Shown piece after piece: positions 7,861 through 10,140 of a stretch of 10,140 bases of DNA. The notes under the pieces are model-generated. The model had not been told where the DNA came from. It ran no database searches and saw only the letters and a program-made list of their open reading frames with translations. The stretch covers positions 1 to 10,140 of the forward strand of contig JBGQHJ010000165.1 of NCBI GenBank assembly GCA_041497895.1, in the 5' to 3' direction. Made by a program: the position numbers and the translations under genes. The stretch is from Candidatus Methylomirabilia bacterium (GTDB lineage: Bacteria > Methylomirabilota > Methylomirabilia > Rokubacteriales > CSP1-6). Each line of letters opens with the position of its first letter. Positions within the stretch are counted from its first letter, which is position 1.

Positions 7861-7865
7861 CGCGC

Positions 7866-9542
7866 TCAGAACAGGCCCGTGATGGCGCCGTCGGGAGTGA
7901 CGTCGACGCGCTCCGCGTTGGGCCGGCGCGGCAGGCCCGGCATCGTGGTGATGTCGCCGGTGATCGCCACCAGGAACCCCGCGCCCGCGGAGATGCGCAC
8001 CTCGTTGACCGTGATCGTGAACCCGCGCGGCCGGCCGAGCAGCGTCGGGTCGTCGGAGAGCGAGCGCTGGGTCTTCGCCACGCAGATCGGCAGCTTCCCG
8101 TAGCCGAGGCTCTCGGCCTGGGCGATCTGACGCTCCACCCGCTTGGGGTATTCGACCCCGTCCGCGCCGTAGATGCGCCGCGCGATGGTGTCGAGCTTCA
8201 CCGTGATCGGGTCGTCGAGGGAGTAGAGGGGCTGGAAGCCCGAGCGCTCGGTGGCCAGGAGTTTCTGGAGCCCGCGCGCCAGGTCCTCTCCTCCCTCCCC
8301 GCCCCGGCCGAAGACGTCGGCCACGTGGACGTCGACGCCCAGCCGCCCGCAGCGCTCGCGGACCGCCGCGTACTCCCGCTCGGTGTCCGACGGGTACCGA
8401 TTGAGCCCGATCAGCACCGGCACCTTGAACTGCCGCACCGCCTCCACGTGCGCCTCCAGGTTGTCGAGGCCGGCGGTGAGCGCGGCCACGTTCTCGCGAT
8501 CCAGCTCCGGCAGCGGCACGCCGCCGTGGTACTTCAGCGCCCGCGCGGTGGCCACGATCATGGCCGCGTCGGGCCTGAGGCCGGCCAGGCGGCACTTGAT
8601 GTCGAAGAACTTCTCCGCCCCCAGGTCGGTGGCGAAGCCGGCCTCGGTGAGGCAGACGTCGCCCAGCTTGAGGGCCAGCCGGGTGGCCAGCACCGAGTTG
8701 CAGCCGTGCGCGATGTTGGCGAACGGCCCGCCGTGCACGAGCGCGGGCGTGCCCTCCATGGTCTGCACCAGGTTCGGGTGGATCGCGTCGCGCAGCAGGG
8801 CAATCATGGCCCCGGTGACGCCGAGCGCGTCCGCGGTCACCGGCTTGCCGTCGCTGGTGAGCGCCACCAGCATGCGGCCGAGCCGCTGCTTGAGGTCCAT
8901 CAGGTCCTCGGCCAGGCAGAGCGCGGCCATGATCTCGGAGGCCGAGGTGATCAGGAAGCCGCCCTCGCGCGGGACGCCGTCCATCCGTCCCCCGAGCCCG
9001 ACCACCACGTTGCGCAGGGCCCGGTCGTTGACGTCCAGGATCCGCTTCCAGGCCACCTGGCGCACGTCGATGCCGAGCGGGTTGCCGTGGTGGACGTGGT
9101 TGTCAAGCGCCGCCGCCAGCAGGTTGTGAGCCGACGTGATCGCGTGGAAGTCGCCCGTGAAGTGGAGGTTGATCTCGTCCATCGGGACCACCTGCGATCG
9201 ACCTCCGCCGGTGCCGCCGCCCTTCATGCCGAGGGTCGGCCCGATCGAGGGCTCGCGCAGCGCGATGACCGGCCGCCCGCCCACCCGCCAGAGGGCCTGG
9301 CCGAGCCCGATGGTCATGGTGGTCTTGCCGTCACCGGCCGGCGTGGGGGTGATCGAGGAGACCACCACCAGCTTGCCGTCGGGCCGCTCCCGGCGGGCCG
9401 CGAGGGCGGCGACGCGGATCTTGGCCTTGTCGTGGCCGTACGGGATCCACTCGTCGTCGCCCAGGCCCAGGTCGCGCGCGATCTGCGCGATCGGACGGGG
9501 TTTCCGGTCAGCGTCGGATCGTGACGGGGTCGAGGTCGGCAT
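7866..9542 (-). CDS. fhs: Formate--tetrahydrofolate ligase (FTHFS), 558 aa
   Basis: Motifs TPTPAGDGKTT, LREPS.GP..G.KGG..GGG, INLHFTGDFHAITSAHNLL, D.NDRALR, NLVQT.EGTPALVHGGPFANIAHGCNS, TEAGF..DLGAEKFFDIKCR, PIC.AKTQ.SLSD and MPGLP. Length is typical of the family. The exact start is uncertain. Confidence 0.97.
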   Translation of the reverse strand: MPTSTPSRSDADRKPRPIAQIARDLGLGDDEWIPYGHDKAKIRVAALAARRERPDGKLVVVSSITPTPAGDGKTTMTIGLGQALWRVGGRPVIALREPSIGPTLGMKGGGTGGGRSQVVPMDEINLHFTGDFHAITSAHNLLAAALDNHVHHGNPLGIDVRQVAWKRILDVNDRALRNVVVGLGGRMDGVPREGGFLITSASEIMAALCLAEDLMDLKQRLGRMLVALTSDGKPVTADALGVTGAMIALLRDAIHPNLVQTMEGTPALVHGGPFANIAHGCNSVLATRLALKLGDVCLTEAGFATDLGAEKFFDIKCRLAGLRPDAAMIVATARALKYHGGVPLPELDRENVAALTAGLDNLEAHVEAVRQFKVPVLIGLNRYPSDTEREYAAVRERCGRLGVDVHVADVFGRGGEGGEDLARGLQKLLATERSGFQPLYSLDDPITVKLDTIARRIYGADGVEYPKRVERQIAQAESLGYGKLPICVAKTQRSLSDDPTLLGRPRGFTITVNEVRISAGAGFLVAITGDITTMPGLPRRPNAERVDVTPDGAITGLF

Positions 9543-9930
9543 CGGGCATGATCTCCTTCAGCCAGTCGGGAATGGGAATCATCTGGGACGTCGCCGGGTT
9601 CCAGCAGGCGTGCAGCGTGTGGCCGGTGGCGACCAGGTCGACAGCCTCGTTGCGGATCTCGTAGGCGAAGCGGAAGCTCGCGCGCTTGCGCTCGCTGACC
9701 CGCGACGTGATCTCGAGCAGCTCGTCGAGGCGGGCCGGCTTGACGTACTTCACGAAGGCCTCCACCACCGGCAGGTGCACGCGCTCGTTCACGCGCGACA
9801 TCGGCCAGCCGTACTCGCGCAGGTACTCCACGCGGCCCACCTCGAAGTAGGTGAGATAGTTGCCGTAATAGACGACCGACATCGTATCGGTGTCCTTGTA
9901 TCGTACGCGCACGTGGGTGATCGATGGCAT
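9508..9930 (-). CDS. Acyl-CoA thioesterase, YbgC/FadM (4HBT hotdog-fold) family, about 140 aa
   Basis: From ATG 9930: VRVRYKDTDTMSVVYYGNYLTYFEVGR.EYLR matches the DTD..GVVY..NY..YFE..R signature. Also has Y..PAR.D, F.YEI, A.G.T.HAC and IP.WL. Confidence 0.9.
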   Translation of the reverse strand: MPSITHVRVRYKDTDTMSVVYYGNYLTYFEVGRVEYLREYGWPMSRVNERVHLPVVEAFVKYVKPARLDELLEITSRVSERKRASFRFAYEIRNEAVDLVATGHTLHACWNPATSQMIPIPDWLKEIMPDADLDPVTIRR

Positions 9931-9947
9931 CGTGGACCTGACGGGCA

Positions 9948-9976
9948 CTTATAGGCGACGGACCCGGCCCCGTCAA
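9948..9976 (-). promoter_or_regulatory. Putative sigma70-type promoter for thioesterase-fhs
   Basis: Minus strand TTGACG (9976-9971), 17-nt spacer, TATAAG (9953-9948). Both hexamers match consensus 5/6 with optimal spacing in GC-rich DNA. Confidence 0.7.
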
Positions 9977-9997
9977 GGGCTCCGGGCCTCCGTTCCC

Positions 9998-10140
9998 CTA
10001 TTCGATCACCTCATCCGCCCGCCCCAGGAGCGACGGCGGGATCGTCAGGCCGAGGGCTTTGGCGGTCTTGAGGTTGATGACCAGCTCGAACTTGGTCGGC
10101 TGCTCGACGGGGAGATCGCCGGGGTTCGCACCTCTCAGGA
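9998..10140 (-). CDS. ABC transporter substrate-binding protein (COG2984 / ABC_sub_bind), C-terminal fragment
   Basis: Manual translation gives [49 protein letters not shown] at 10000-9998. This is the characteristic C-terminus of the family. Confidence 0.92.
   Translation of the reverse strand, partial: LRGANPGDLPVEQPTKFELVINLKTAKALGLTIPPSLLGRADEVIE

Noticed and set aside
6939..9524. 861-aa plus-strand ORF, and similar long ORFs at 3486..4949, 5043..6185, 6043..7410, 8251..9129 and 1506..2321
   Set aside because: They lie antisense to well-supported genes and show no recognisable motifs. Long shadow ORFs are expected in GC-rich DNA.
9931..9997. ZTP (pfl) or THF riboswitch upstream of fhs
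   Set aside because: The gap is only 67 bp, mostly taken up by the promoter, and the predicted UTR is about 10-12 nt. No aptamer pattern was recognised. An Rfam/Infernal scan would settle it.
1..10140. CRISPR arrays, tRNA/rRNA, IS elements, prophage or defence genes
   Set aside because: All intergenic gaps are under 70 bp, and no spaced direct repeats or relevant protein motifs were seen.

Overview
GC-rich bacterial chromosomal window with high coding density. Most genes lie on the minus strand, running right to left: 3' end of a COG2984-type ABC substrate-binding protein; a sigma70-like promoter; a YbgC/4HBT-type acyl-CoA thioesterase overlapping formate-tetrahydrofolate ligase (fhs); an extended -10 promoter; a GldA/GldF/GldG-like ABC system with a membrane-anchored protein of four ~139-aa DUF4340-like repeats; a small secreted Pro/Tyr/Trp-rich protein; and a glyoxalase II-like metallo-beta-lactamase-fold hydrolase. 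At the left are a plus-strand pteridine reductase-type SDR (FolM/PTR1-like), a divergent DUF502 membrane protein only 9 bp away, and the 3' end of an alpha/beta hydrolase. I saw no rRNA, tRNA, CRISPR array or mobile element. The best candidates for undescribed biology are the Gld-like transporter with its four-repeat partner and possible secreted cargo, and the thioesterase-fhs coupling near a FolM-like reductase. The SBP C-terminus resembles the family expanded in Rokubacteria (Methylomirabilota) and Bradyrhizobium-like genomes; that taxonomic hint is inference only. All family calls come from motif recognition, not database searches.
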